Assembly (NCBI GenBank): GCA_951406725.2
Contig: OX597831.1
Location: 78,306,001-78,370,000, forward strand
DNA length: 64,000 nt
Direction of reading: 5' to 3'
Origin: Octopus vulgaris
Lineage: Eukaryota
The position numbers and the translations under genes were made by a program. Shown piece after piece: positions 13,652 through 26,400 of this stretch. Numbering within the stretch: position 1 is the first letter of the stretch; every line of letters starts with the position of its first letter. Below the pieces are notes generated by a model. The model made no database searches. It worked only from the letters and a program-made list of their open reading frames with translations, and was not told where the DNA came from.

Positions 13652-13788
13652 CGCTGGGGTGTCTGCGTAGTAGTACCTTGCGTCCCACTGCGTGGAAACT
13701 TGGGCAAGAGTCTTCTATTGTAGCCTCGGGCCAATCAAAGGTCTTGAGATTGGAATTGGTAGACAGAAACTGAAAGAACCACGTCTTA
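13649..13788 (+). mobile_element. tRNA-derived SINE, family B (5' part)
   Basis: Matches 49761-49925 (gtcccactgcgtgg...ttgggcaag...tagcctcgggcc...ggtagacxgaaactgaaagaa). Confidence 0.75.
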
Positions 13789-13823
13789 TGTGTGTATATA
13801 TATACATATATATATATATATAC

Positions 13824-13883
<60 letters not shown>

Positions 13884-14244
13884 GTATACATGTATACATA
13901 TTTCAAAAAATTAACTAAGCCACAACAAACGGACATATTACAAGAGCATAACAAGCAGTCAACGTCGAAAAGATCATTACAATTTTGCACCACCTTTCAC
14001 GTTGATATTGTTCACTTTTGGTGACGCCAGTGGCGAAAAGCTATTGAGAATTGCTAACGAATGTACAGGACAATGACGAAAACAAACATGACAAAATGAA
14101 ACATATACATTCAACAAAAAAGGCCGTGAGGCCACAAGACAGACTAATATGGGGTAACGTAAAGAGAAATAAAAAATGTGTGCGTGTGTACGTGTGTGTG
14201 TGTGTGTACATACACATGAATACTTGTATACATCTATGTTTCTA

Positions 14245-14289
<45 letters not shown>

Positions 14290-14621
14290 GTTGTGAGTGC
14301 TCATGTGTATCTTTCAGAAACCTGTGTCAAGCTTATGACAGCTAAAAATTGATAACTTATTTACAGTTCATAACATTGTAGCTATTTTATAGAATATACT
14401 CCGGTTTCATTTTTCAATTATTTCCTTTCATAACATAAAGTGTGCCCTTAGCATGTTTGTTTACATGATAAAACCCATCCCTGACACTGCATTGTCCGTC
14501 GCCTACACATTTTTTATGTATTTCTGTCATTATAAGCATCATAGCTGCTGTTAAAATTACAACTCGTACATGTGTAACCTAGGACGTATACGCAAATGTC
14601 TAAATGAGGGAAATAGTGTTT

Positions 14622-14677
<56 letters not shown>

Positions 14678-14843
14678 CACTTAGCTTTTATGTGTATATA
14701 TGAATGAATTATCCTATGTTTACCGTTAACATGGGAAATTCAATAAACCGTTACCAGGGTAGCAAAATTCACGTCAGAAACACGGTTGAAGCGACCTATT
14801 CAAAGGTAGAAACTCCGGGTTAATGTGCAGTAATTTGTGTATT

Positions 14844-15325
14844 ATAAGTAAATAAATGGAGTTGAACGAAGATGTTATTAAAATTCTTTTACTTTCGACA
14901 TATGTTTCGAAGACAACATGGTTGTATTCCAAATGAATAAACGGTGTAAAATGCAATCTTCTCATCAGGAAAGAAAGAGAGCCTCTCTCAACAACAAGAT
15001 ATTATAACATCTTTTCAATCAACGTATCCCTCTTTATTTGTTCTCTACTTATTATTCCTTTAACCCTTCTCTTCCTACTATCTGCTTTGACGTCAAATCT
15101 ACTAACGGGTTTTTTTAAATACTTAATAACTTTCTGTTTATCATTTAGGCAGTCATCGTAATTATTATAATGTCTTGTTGTTGAGAGAGGGTCTCTTTCT
15201 TTTCTGATAGGAAGATTGCATCTTACACCGTTTATTCCTTTAGAATAAAACCATGTTGTCTTTGAAACATATGTCGAAAGTAAAATAATTTTATTAACAT
15301 CGTTCAACTCCATTTATTTACTTAT
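14844..15325. repeat. fold-back element: ~160-bp inverted arms, each with a hammerhead motif (duplicate ~23662-24144)
   Basis: Arms 14844-15007 and 15165-15325 are reverse complements with scattered mismatches. Confidence 0.9.
14892..14973 (-). ncRNA. type I hammerhead ribozyme motif
   Basis: CTTTC CTGATGA GAAGA...TCTTC GAAAC ATAT GTC GAAAG: canonical core and GUC site; the opposite-arm copy at 15199-15280 has a decayed core (CTGATAG). Confidence 0.88.
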
Positions 15326-15379
15326 TTTTTCATATATATACACATTTTTTTTTTAAAGAGTGAAAGAGAGAGAGAGAGG

Positions 15380-15612
15380 AGAAATGGAAAGAAAGGAAGA
15401 GACGTAAACAAGAGACTATGGCACTACAACCAGCCAGGAACAGTCTTCGCTACATTTGCGGTACCTGCCAGAGGGAGTGTTTGTCCAGGATAGGACTACG
15501 CAGGCACAGCAGGAAGTGTATCAGGACATGAAATATAAAAGCCGGACTAGACTACTTCATGCGCAACTCCATTGTCTCCCGAGACAGAAAGGATGCCAAT
15601 ACAATACAATAT
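15380..15612 (+). mobile_element. RTE (BovB-like) LINE extreme 3' end
   Basis: RKRRKQ...YICGTCQRECLSRIGLRRHSRKC* C-terminal zinc-finger-like motif, then 3'UTR ccattgtctcccgagacagaaaggatgcc and an (AATAC)n tail. Confidence 0.75.
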
Positions 15613-15640
15613 ACACATATAAAAGCTAAGAGTAGTAGTA

Positions 15641-15687
<47 letters not shown>

Positions 15688-16539
15688 GGGTGCAGCTAAC
15701 CATAGTGTGAATGACCGAATGAGTGAATGTTTTTATGACCGAATTGAGTATCAACTAGGTGAGAGTTGGACGATCAGCCGAATTATGGTAACGTAAACAA
15801 ATCAACACTGGTTTTAAAGCAGTGAGGGCAGACTCAAAAACAAACTTACACACACATACACACACATATATAAGGCGAGCCGGCATATAGCAAGTAAACA
15901 TGTGTGTGTGTGTGAGTGTGCGTGTGTATGTACATACATATATTTATACATACGTGCATACACCCACACATATATACATGCATGGCGATATCAGTGGTGA
16001 TGATGAGGGTGGTGGTTGTGGTTGTGGTGGTAGTGTTTGTGGTGGTGGAGGTTGTGTGGTAGTGGTACCGGTGGCGTTGTTCTTATTGGTGATGAGGGCA
16101 GTGGTTGTGGATGAGATGGTGGTGGTGGTGGCGGCGGCGGTACTGATGCTGGTACTGGTGTTGGCGCTGGTATTGAGTGTAGACGTTATTTTAGCTCTCG
16201 TAGTTAGTTCCTCATTCATTTCATTTCCCCCAAGGACTTCCATAATAAAATAAATCCTGTTTTTGAAAAGCACAATTCTAAATTTTTTCTTTTTACAAAA
16301 TCATTTAATTTCTATTCATTTAATTCTCATTTCAGATGACTACGAGGTCGAAGGTTTCGATTATAACACCCTTGGCTCTGAGCAGTGGCAGGCGAGGGTT
16401 AATATGGAAAGAAAGATATGTCCACGGCAGCAGACCCCAGTCTAAAGAGCGGCATGGGTCACAGTTTGTGAGATGTTGAAAGATATAACCTTGTAGTCGA
16501 TTCCGGGAACCAATAACCATGGAACATGCCTCCATTTTA

Positions 16540-17150
16540 ATACGAGTATTGCCGAAGTGATGAGGTGATAGAATCGTTAACGCGTCGAACAAAATGCTTC
16601 CCGCCTTACTTCCGGCTCTTTATGTTCTGGGTTCAAATTCCATCGTGGTCGACTTTGCCCTTCATCCCTTCAGGTTCGATAAAGTAAAGTGCCATCGGAA
16701 CGCAAAGACGGAGAAAATGCCGCTAATCATTTTGTCCGGCGTGGTAACAATTCAGTCAGCTTGTCGCCTACTTCTGGCTACTAACAAGCCTTTCTAGTTT
16801 AGGCATAGGACCTTAAATTCGTGCGGAATGGGGGCTTATCGATCACTTTGACTCCAGTGCTCAACTGGAGCTTAATTTACCGACACTGAAAAAGAATGAA
16901 AGACAATGTCGACCTCGGCGGAATTTGAACTCAGAACGTAAGGATTGACGAAATGGCTCTAAGGATTTTGTTTGGCGTGTTAATGACTCTAGGTACAAGG
17001 CTCGAAATTTCGGGGGAGGGGCCAGTCGATTAGATCGAACCAGTACGCAACTGGTACTTAATTTATCGACTTCGAACTCAGGTCGTAACGGTAGACGAAA
17101 CACCGCTGAGCATTTCGTCCGGCGTGCTAACGATTCTGCCGGCTCGCCCC
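16540..17150. mobile_element. cluster of degenerate family-A SINE fragments on both strands
   Basis: gtcgactttgcccttcatcc on +; gtcgacctcggcggaatttgaactcagaacg on -. Confidence 0.7.
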
Positions 17151-17813
17151 CTTCTGCCAATTAATAATAATTACAGAGCCATACTGACAATGCTTATCCG
17201 AATGACATTGGTGGTTCCTTGGTCACATCTGGGGCTAGAATAAGTCGACAGTCATTTCTGATTACGATACAAGTAGCGACAGGCGGGAAAAGGTAAAAAC
17301 TGATCTAACCGACCTAACCGCTCTGTGTTCTCGTTGTGTGGGTGGGCAAATTGTAGATGTATTTCTTTATGTACTTTTTAAATAATATCTGCTTTTGATC
17401 ATTTTGTGGGTTTTATTATATTTTTATGTATTTTGTATAATTATTTGTATGTTTAGAAATAAGATTTAACTTGTCACTTTATATTGTATATATTGTGTAA
17501 AGTGTTGCACCCCTCCTCATTTTTTTATTACTTATTTGTCCCACCCGCCTTTGTAACATTCATTGTATTGTATTATAAGATTAGCCGATTTGTAGCCAGA
17601 GGGCGGGCAAGCTGAGTCGTAAGACTATCGACCAAAAATGTGTAGAGCTGTTATCACTTGTCATTATTGTTCTAAGTTCCAATCCCTCCGGTATGAATTT
17701 CTGTTTTATCCTTCCGAAGTCGATAAAATAAAATATCAATGAAATGCTGGAGTCAGTCAAATCGAATAATGGCCGCCTTCTATATATCTCGTCTTGTTCC
17801 TTTGCCAGAAACA

Positions 17814-18169
17814 TTATTACTCTGCGCGCGTGAGCGAAAGCAGGGTATTGTTGTCGCTAGTCTTTGTCTGTGTGTTTGCAAAATTACTGGGAAATGGCTG
17901 AACGGATTTTCACAAAATTTTTACAGAATTATTCATAGGGTGAGTGGTTCAAACTCATTATTCTGGTTTGATTATCTTCAAAGCTGGAGGACAGGTGACT
18001 CAAAATGACTTTTTCCTTTGTTACATATGCATAAACGATAAGCAGGGGAAATAACTCTTGATATCCTTTTGCTGAAATATGAATTCGTCTGAGAATATAT
18101 TTACCAAATTAAATTTTATTTTATCCTTGTGTGCTCGCAGGGTATGTATCACCCCTCCGATGCCTTTTT
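17814..18169 (+). mobile_element. Helentron-associated non-autonomous element (HINE/DINE-1-like); duplicate at 26634-26989
   Basis: 5' TTATTACTCTGCG with inverted partners GCAGGGTA at 17840 and CGCAGGGTA at 18136, a gtct/gt tract, core GGCTGAACGGATTTTCACAAAATTT, 3' hairpin GTATC..GATGC then a T run. Confidence 0.65.
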
Positions 18170-18269
18170 CTTTTTCGTTCTTACTTCGATTACTCACATA
18201 AACAATATTCACTGTAATATAAATATACTGAAATACAGTAAAGGCGCTCTACTTAGTGTGAAGTGTATT

Positions 18270-18545
18270 CGGGCCAAGGTCACCACTATCTTACGATACA
18301 CGGTGACGTGTTATATCCTTGAGCGAGACGCTTTATCTCACGTTGCTTCAGTACACTCAGCCGGCAAAAATGAGTTGTACCGGCTTTGTCACATTCTGTG
18401 TCTCGATGAATCTCTCTGAGAACTACGCTAGGGTCTTACGCATGACTGCGCGTTACTCAGCCGCTTGCAGGTTTATTTCATGCGCAGGCTGTTCGGTTGA
18501 TCGGACCAAGCGAACCCCCGTCATTGTAACCGGCAGAGTGCCAGT
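18270..18545 (+). mobile_element. degenerate SINE related to family D
   Basis: ccttgagcgagacgctttatctcacgttgcttcagtacactcagccggcaaaaatgagt matches the reverse complement of 33385-33445. Confidence 0.6.
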
Positions 18546-20050
18546 TAACTGCCATATGACGTGTAACTTTTGAAGTATGCTTTTTCCGCCATGGTAAATA
18601 TCAGGAAACATGGCGTACATACAAATTTTAAATTTCATGGGGCTTATACAAAATGGTGGAATGAATATTTTCTAAAAAATATTTATCATTCTGTCATTTA
18701 CTTCGTGCCTTCCTGTGATTCTGCGATTTGTTCTCCCTCACTGTGTGTGTTTGTAGGGTTCCTTTACTCAATGCTTGTCAGTGCTCAAAGCTTGTCTGTA
18801 CATTAATCCTACACCTTTCATGTTAATTCTTTCTGTGCCTCGATCTCTTTTCCTCTTTCCTACTTCTCTCTCTGTGACGTAAAACGTGACAGAAAATAAT
18901 CAACCAACAAACCACCCAACCAACAACAAACCAACCGATATTCGTAGCAGCCATTACCATATAGAGATATAAGAGAGGGGAGGATTACATTTTGATAATC
19001 TCTCCTTTCCTAATTGAAGATGCTAGAGGGTTTGTTTCCTTCATTGAAATTTAGCTGCTATATTTTGGAGATCTGACATGCGTGCAGAGATCGTCACTCA
19101 TGAGCTCAAATTAAACTTCGTTGTTGTTGTTGTTGTTGTATATCCCAGGTCAATCATAGTCAAACAAAAACTACAATGGAAGGCGTTTCGGTCGTGACAA
19201 TCTCGACGTTTGTATACCAGGAACAATATTGTTCAACACAGACTTTATTTCAGGCGTTATGGTGTGAATTGTGAAACTTTTGGCTGCTTTCATTCAGTAG
19301 GTTCAACGAAAATGTGTCAACCCTCTATTGAACAAAATTATCAATGAACAATTCACACTACTCGCCCTCCTTCGCTCTTTTTGCGTTTTACAATTTTTTT
19401 CTCTCATATCCCCAGAGTAGGTGGCTGAAATAACAGGCTACATTATTTCATGGCCGACTTTAGAGAACGTGGGAGTTTGGGTTAGGGAGGATGATGGAAG
19501 GAGAAGTTTTTGGTCGTATATGAATATCGTGAGTGCATCGAAACCACAAAGACTGCCTTGCATTATACATTCGGCTCTTTACGTTTTGAGTTATATTTGC
19601 CTTTCATGTTTTCAGAGGCGATAAAATAAAGTATTGGGGCCGATGTGATTGATTAATCTATCGTGTCAAAATTGTTGGCCCTCTGTCGAAATCAGAAAAC
19701 ATTATAAGCGCAGTGGGTTCCCAGAATCGTTTGAGAGCTGTACAAAATACCTGGTGTTATTTCTTCTGACTAAGTTCAAATTCCGGGATTCATAAATTAC
19801 AGTATCAGTGTAATACTGGGATCGATGGGATGGATGGCATCGGATAATCCCTACCCCTCAAAATTGCTTGGCATTGCGCCTAAATAAGAAACAGTTATCA
19901 AACGGTGTTCAAATCACGACGGGGGTCATCTTTGTGACAACTTTTGAAACTATTATTGCTGTTGGTGGTAGTGGTGGCGTTGAAGATGATGATGATGATG
20001 ATGATGATGATGATCTTCTTTTCTTCTTCTTCTTCAACACAGCACCTCCG

Positions 20051-20150
20051 NNNNNNNNNNNNNNNNNNNNNNNNNNNNNNNNNNNNNNNNNNNNNNNNNN
20101 NNNNNNNNNNNNNNNNNNNNNNNNNNNNNNNNNNNNNNNNNNNNNNNNNN
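20051..20150. other. assembly gap (100 N)
   Basis: Run of exactly 100 N. Confidence 1.
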
Positions 20151-20657
20151 ACATAGTGCGATAGAAATTGGGATAATATCTTACAGCTGTTTCAGCCAAG
20201 AGGCAAAAATACCCCATTCTACATTTATCCCTCCAGTAGACTGAAGTAATTAGTAGATGGAATTGAGGTACTTGGCTGTTTCTCTAGGCTTCGTCAGAGA
20301 TTTTAGAGTGTACATGTCACTCCTCTTATAACTTTCTCATACCTCTGTTTATATTTTATCTAATATGAATACCAATATGAATACTAATTACTTCAGTTCA
20401 CTGGAGTGATAAAAAATGCTATTGCACTATGTTATATATTTTAATAATTAATGATATTTTTATATTTTTACATATTATATACGTAAAGCATAATATGTTG
20501 TACATGTATGTATATTATTATAATTGTCCTTTTAGTAAATAAATAAATTGACATGATATAAAGTCTAAAAGTTGATGAGTAAAACCTATTGATCCCTCCA
20601 TTTTCTTATTGCTCTCTCTCTCTCTCTCTTTCTCTCCTCTCTCTCCGTCTTTCTCTC

Positions 20658-20733
<76 letters not shown>

Positions 20734-21560
20734 TTGATAGATATATACGTTTATATATATACATATATATATATACTCATTTATAATTATATGAAATAAT
20801 TATATAAAATCCCAGAACGTTTATAATTATGAACAAGTCACAATTACAACTAAGAGGGTTTCAAAACCCTTACATGTTAAAAATAGCAGCCAAAACTGCT
20901 ATAAACCATTTTATCACTTATATTATTTCTCTTCACGATAAAAACTGTTTTTGGGTGATATGACAAATAGAATTCACAATTTAAGAATAACCGGTTAATT
21001 CCCTATTGCAATTTCGACGTTAGGGACCACTTAAGGGACCCATTCGTCTCGTCAGGGGAAATATTCTTATAGACAGAAATCAAAACGAGTATTTTCCTTG
21101 TGGCTGACATGAATCCCGACCGGTAAGAGAAATGTTTCAACCTCTATCTACACATTCAAGTTTTGAATTCAAATGCCATGCACAGTGTTCATGTGAAAAG
21201 ACCGGTAAATTCGAGCCACGGCAAAATCACCGCATATGAGGTGGGGAAAATGAGACATTTAGAAAGTAATGTAATCAAAGGATATATTATAATTCATTAG
21301 AATTATTTATGAATACATCAATGGCCAAACCTGTTATCATAAAATACAAAGAAGAACGTTCGAAAATTATGAACAAGTCACTCTAGATCGCTCACCACTA
21401 AATCTTCTATACTTTCTCTGTTTATTTCTGTATTACTTTCTGACGAAGAGCGTAGGCTCGAAACGTAAAAGACTTTGTTACTTCCCGAGCATTAAACTAA
21501 TATAACTGCTTGTTGTTTACACACCCGTCTTCGTCTTTTGCTTTTTTTTCGAAAATTCTC

Positions 21561-21609
<49 letters not shown>

Positions 21610-22349
21610 TTATCCTTTAATTACATTGTCCCCTTACCTTGTTTCTATCTTTAACGTTTTCTCTCTCTATTTTCTCATCTTATCTCCCTTTTCTTTCTTT
21701 CTCTCTATTTCCCCTCGAATTTCCCTCTTCTTTCTATCTATTTTCCTCTCGATGTTCTCCCTATTTTTTCTTCCCCTTTTACTTCCTCTTTCCTTCTATT
21801 TCCTTACAAGGAGAATGAACCCATTCAAATCTATTTAACATTCTCTCTATGTTGACTGGTGATACAGTATGGACAGATTTTCGATGATACCCTACATGCC
21901 TACTTGTTTGTGAGATCTTACAAATACACTTTCTCAGGGAGATATGATATACCTATTATTATGGATAATACTACATGTACCTTTCATATTTTTCATATTT
22001 TTCAAAGTGTGATGTAACTCTTTGGAATAACAATGCATGCGGCTGAAGAGAGCTTTAAATCATCTTTTATATCTATTATACACTGATGTAAGAACAGGTC
22101 GTTTATAAAGCTTGAAACACGTGTACCGCGACATCCTTTGTGTTCTGTTTTTGATTTTATTTGATATATATATATAGTTAGCCACTACACATTATTTTCT
22201 CTCCTTGTTTTTTCTGTGTCCCTTTCTGTAGAAGAGCGTAGGCTCGAAACGTAAAATACTTTTTATATTCCTGAGCGTTATACTAATATATCTGTTTGTT
22301 TTGTACACCATCTGTCTTCGTCTTTTGTTTTTTTTTCGTAAACTCTCCC

Positions 22350-22419
<70 letters not shown>

Positions 22420-22608
22420 CGCTGGGGTGTCTGCGTAGTAGTACCTTGCGTCTCACCCACATCGGATTCAGTCCCACTGCGTGGAAACTTGGGCAAGAGT
22501 CTTCTATTGTAGCCTCGGGCCAATCAAAGGTCTTGAGATTGGAATTGGTAGACAGAAACTGAAAGAACCACGTCTTATGTGTGTATATATATACATATAT
22601 ATATATAC

Positions 22609-22692
<84 letters not shown>

Positions 22693-23056
22693 GTATGTAT
22701 ACATGTATACATATTTCAAAAAATTAACTAAGCCACAACAAACGGACATATTACAAGAGCATAACAAGCAGTCAACGTCGAAAAGATCATTACAATTTTG
22801 CACCACCTTTCACGTTGATATTGTTCACTTTTGGTGACGCCAGTGGCGAAAAGCTATTGAGAATTGCTAACGAATGTACAGGACAATGACGAAAACAAAC
22901 ATGACAAAATGAAACATATACATTCAACAAAAAAGGCCGTGAGGCCACAAGACAGACTAATATGGGGTAACGTAAAGAGAAATAAAAAATGTGTGCGTGT
23001 GTACGTGTGTGTGTGTGTGTACATACACATGAATACTTGTATACATCTATGTTTCT

Positions 23057-23104
<48 letters not shown>

Positions 23105-23436
23105 GTTGTGAGTGCTCATGTGTATCTTTCAGAAACCTGTGTCAAGCTTATGACAGCTAAAAATTGATAACTTATTTACAGTTCATAACATTGTAGCTAT
23201 TTTATAGAATATACTCCGGTTTCATTTTTCAATTATTTCCTTTCATAACATAAAGTGTGCCCTTAGCATGTTTGTTTACATGATAAAACCCATCCCTGAC
23301 ACTGCATTGTCCGTCGCCTACACATTTTTTATGTATTTCTGTCATTATAAGCATCATAGCTGCTGTTAAAATTACAACTCGTACATGTGTAACCTAGGAC
23401 GTATACGCAAATGTCTAAATGAGGGAAATAGTGTTT

Positions 23437-23495
<59 letters not shown>

Positions 23496-26400
23496 CACTT
23501 AGCTTTTATGTGTATATATGAATGAATTATCCTATGTTTACCGTTAACATGGGAAATTCAATAAACCGTTACCAGGGTAGCAAAATTCACGTCAGAAACA
23601 CGGTTGAAGCGACCTATTCAAAGGTAGAAACTCCGGGTTAATGTGCAGTAATTTGTGTATTATAAGTAAATAAATGGAGTTGAACGAAGATGTTATTAAA
23701 ATTCTTTTACTTTCGACATATGTTTCGAAGACAACATGGTTGTATTCCAAATGAATAAACGGTGTAAAATGCAATCTTCTCATCAGGAAAGAAAGAGAGC
23801 CTCTCTCAACAACAAGATATTATAACATCTTTTCAATCAACGTATCCCTCTTTATTTGTTCTCTACTTATTATTCCTTTAACCCTTCTCTTCCTACTATC
23901 TGCTTTGACGTCAAATCTACTAACGGGTTTTTTTTAAATACTTAATAACTTTCTGTTTATCATTTAGGCAGTCATCGTACTTATTATAATGTCTTGTTGT
24001 TGAGAGAGGGTCTCTTTCTTTTCTGATAGGAAGATTGCATCTTACACCGTTTATTCCTTTAGAATAAAACCATGTTGTCTTTGAAACATATGTCGAAAGT
24101 AAAATAATTTTATTAACATCGTTCAACTCCATTTATTTATTTATTTTTTCATATATATACACATTTTTTTTTTAAAGAGTGAAAGAGAGAGAGAGAGGAG
24201 AAATGGAAAGAAAGGAAGAGACGTAAACAAGAGACTATGGCACTACAACCAGACAGGAACAGTCTTCGCTACATTTGCGGTACCTGCCAGAGGGAGTGTT
24301 TGTCCAGGATAGGACTACGCAGGCACAGCAGGAAGTGTATCAGGACATGAAATATAAAAGCCGGACTAGACTACTTCATGCGCAACTCCATTGTCTCCCG
24401 AGACAGAAAGGATGCCAATACAATACAATATACACATATAAAAGCTAAGAGTAGTAGTAGTAGTATATATATATATATATATATATACATAGGGTGCAGC
24501 TAACCATAGTGTGAATGACCGAATGAGTGAATGTTTTTATGACCGAATTGAGTATCAACTAGGTGAGAGTTGGACGATCAGCCGAATTATGGTAACGTAA
24601 ACAAATCAACACTGGTTTTAAAGCAGTGAGGGCAGACTCAAAAACAAACTTACACACACATACACACACATATATAAGGCGAGCCGGCATATAGCAAGTA
24701 AACATGTGTGTGTGTGTGTGTGAGTGTGCGTGTGTATGTACATACATATATTTATACATACGTGCATACACCCACACATATATACATGCATGGCGATATC
24801 AGTGGTGATGATGAGGGTGGTGGTTGTGGTTGTGGTGGTAGTGTTTGTGTTGGTGTTTGTGGTGGTGGAGGTTGTATGGTAGTGGTACCGGTGGCGTTGT
24901 TCTTATTGGTGATGAGGGCAGTGGTTGTGGATGAGATGGTGGTGGTGGTGGCGGCGGCGGTACTGATGCTGGTACTGGTGTTGGCGCTGGTATTGAGTGT
25001 AGACGTTATTTTAGCTCTCGTAGTTAGTTCCTCATTCATTTTATTTCCCCCAAGGACTTCCATAAATAAATAAATCCTGTTTTTGAAAAGCACAATTCTA
25101 AATTTTGTCTTTTTACAAAATCATTTAATTTCTATTCATTTAATTCTCATTTCAGATGACTACGAGGTCGAAGGTTTCGATTATAACACCCTTGGCTCTA
25201 AGCAGTGGCAGGCGAGGGTTAATATGGAAAGAAAGATATGTCCACGGCAGCAGACCCCAGTCTAAAGAGCGACATGGGTCACAGTTTGTGAGATGTTGAA
25301 AGATATAACCTTGTAGTCGATTCCGGGAACCAATAACCATGGAACATGCCTCCATTTTAATACGAGTATTGCCGAAGTGATGAGGTGATAGAATCGTTAA
25401 CGCGTCGAACAAAATGCTTCCCGCCTTACTTCCGGCTCTTTATGTTCTGGGTTCAAATTCCATCGTGGTCGACTTTGCCCTTCATCCCTTCAGGTTCGAT
25501 AAAGTAAAGTGCCATCGGAACGCAAAGACGGAGAAAATGCCGCTAATCATTTTGTCCGGCGTGGTAACAATTCAGTCAGCTTGTCGCCTACTTCTGGCTA
25601 CTAACAAGCCTTTCTAGTTTAGGCATAGGACCTTAAATTCGTGCGGAATGGGGGCTTATCGATCACTTTGACTCCAGTGCTCAACTGGAGCTTAATTTAC
25701 CGACACTGAAAAAGAATGAAAGACAATGTCGACCTCGGCGGAATTTGAACTCAGAACGTAAGGATTGACGAAATGGCTCTAAGGATTTTGTTTGGCGTGT
25801 TAATGACTCTAGGTACAAGGCTCGAAATTTTCGGGGGAGGGGCCAGTCGATTAGATCGAACCAGTACGCAACTGGTACTTAATTTATCGACTTCGAACTC
25901 AGGTCGTAACGGTAGACGAAACACCGCTGAGCATTTCGTCCGGCGTGCTAACGATTCTGCCGGCTCGCCCCCTTCTGCCAATTAATAATAATTACAGAGC
26001 CATACTGACAATGCTTATCCGAATGACATTGGTGGTTCCTTGGTCACATCTGGGGCTAGAATAAGTCGACAGTCATTTCTGATTACGATACAAGTAGCGA
26101 CAGGCGGGAAAAGGTAAAAACTGATCTAACCGACCTAACCGCTCTGTGTTCTCGTTGTGTGGGTGGGCAAATTGTAGATGTATTTCTTTATGTACTTTTT
26201 AAATAATATCTGCTTTTGATCATTTTGTGGGTTTTATTATATTTTTATGTATTTTGTATAATTATTTGTATGTTTAGAAATAAGATTTAACTTGTCACTT
26301 TATATTGTATATATTGTGTAAAGTTTGCACCCCTCCTCATTTTTTTATTACTTATTTGTCCCACCCGCCTTTGTAACATTCATTGTATTGTATTATAAGA

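Larger units (their letters stand above)
11398..20050 (+). repeat. copy 1 of an ~8.7 kb near-identical direct duplication
   Basis: Sequence after the N gap (acatagtgcgatagaaattggg) matches 11398 onward, and the ORF track repeats in register. Confidence 0.97.

Noticed and set aside
16336-16445. Apparent terminal exon DDYEVEGFDYNTLGSEQWQARV...QTPV*
   Set aside because: An acceptor exists, but the peptide looks as much like a decayed RTE C-terminus (D....W..RV...TP), and there is no partner exon
17170-17580. Possible highly decayed Tx1 3' end (..LCSRC.. plus T-rich tail)
   Set aside because: Too degenerate to call by eye
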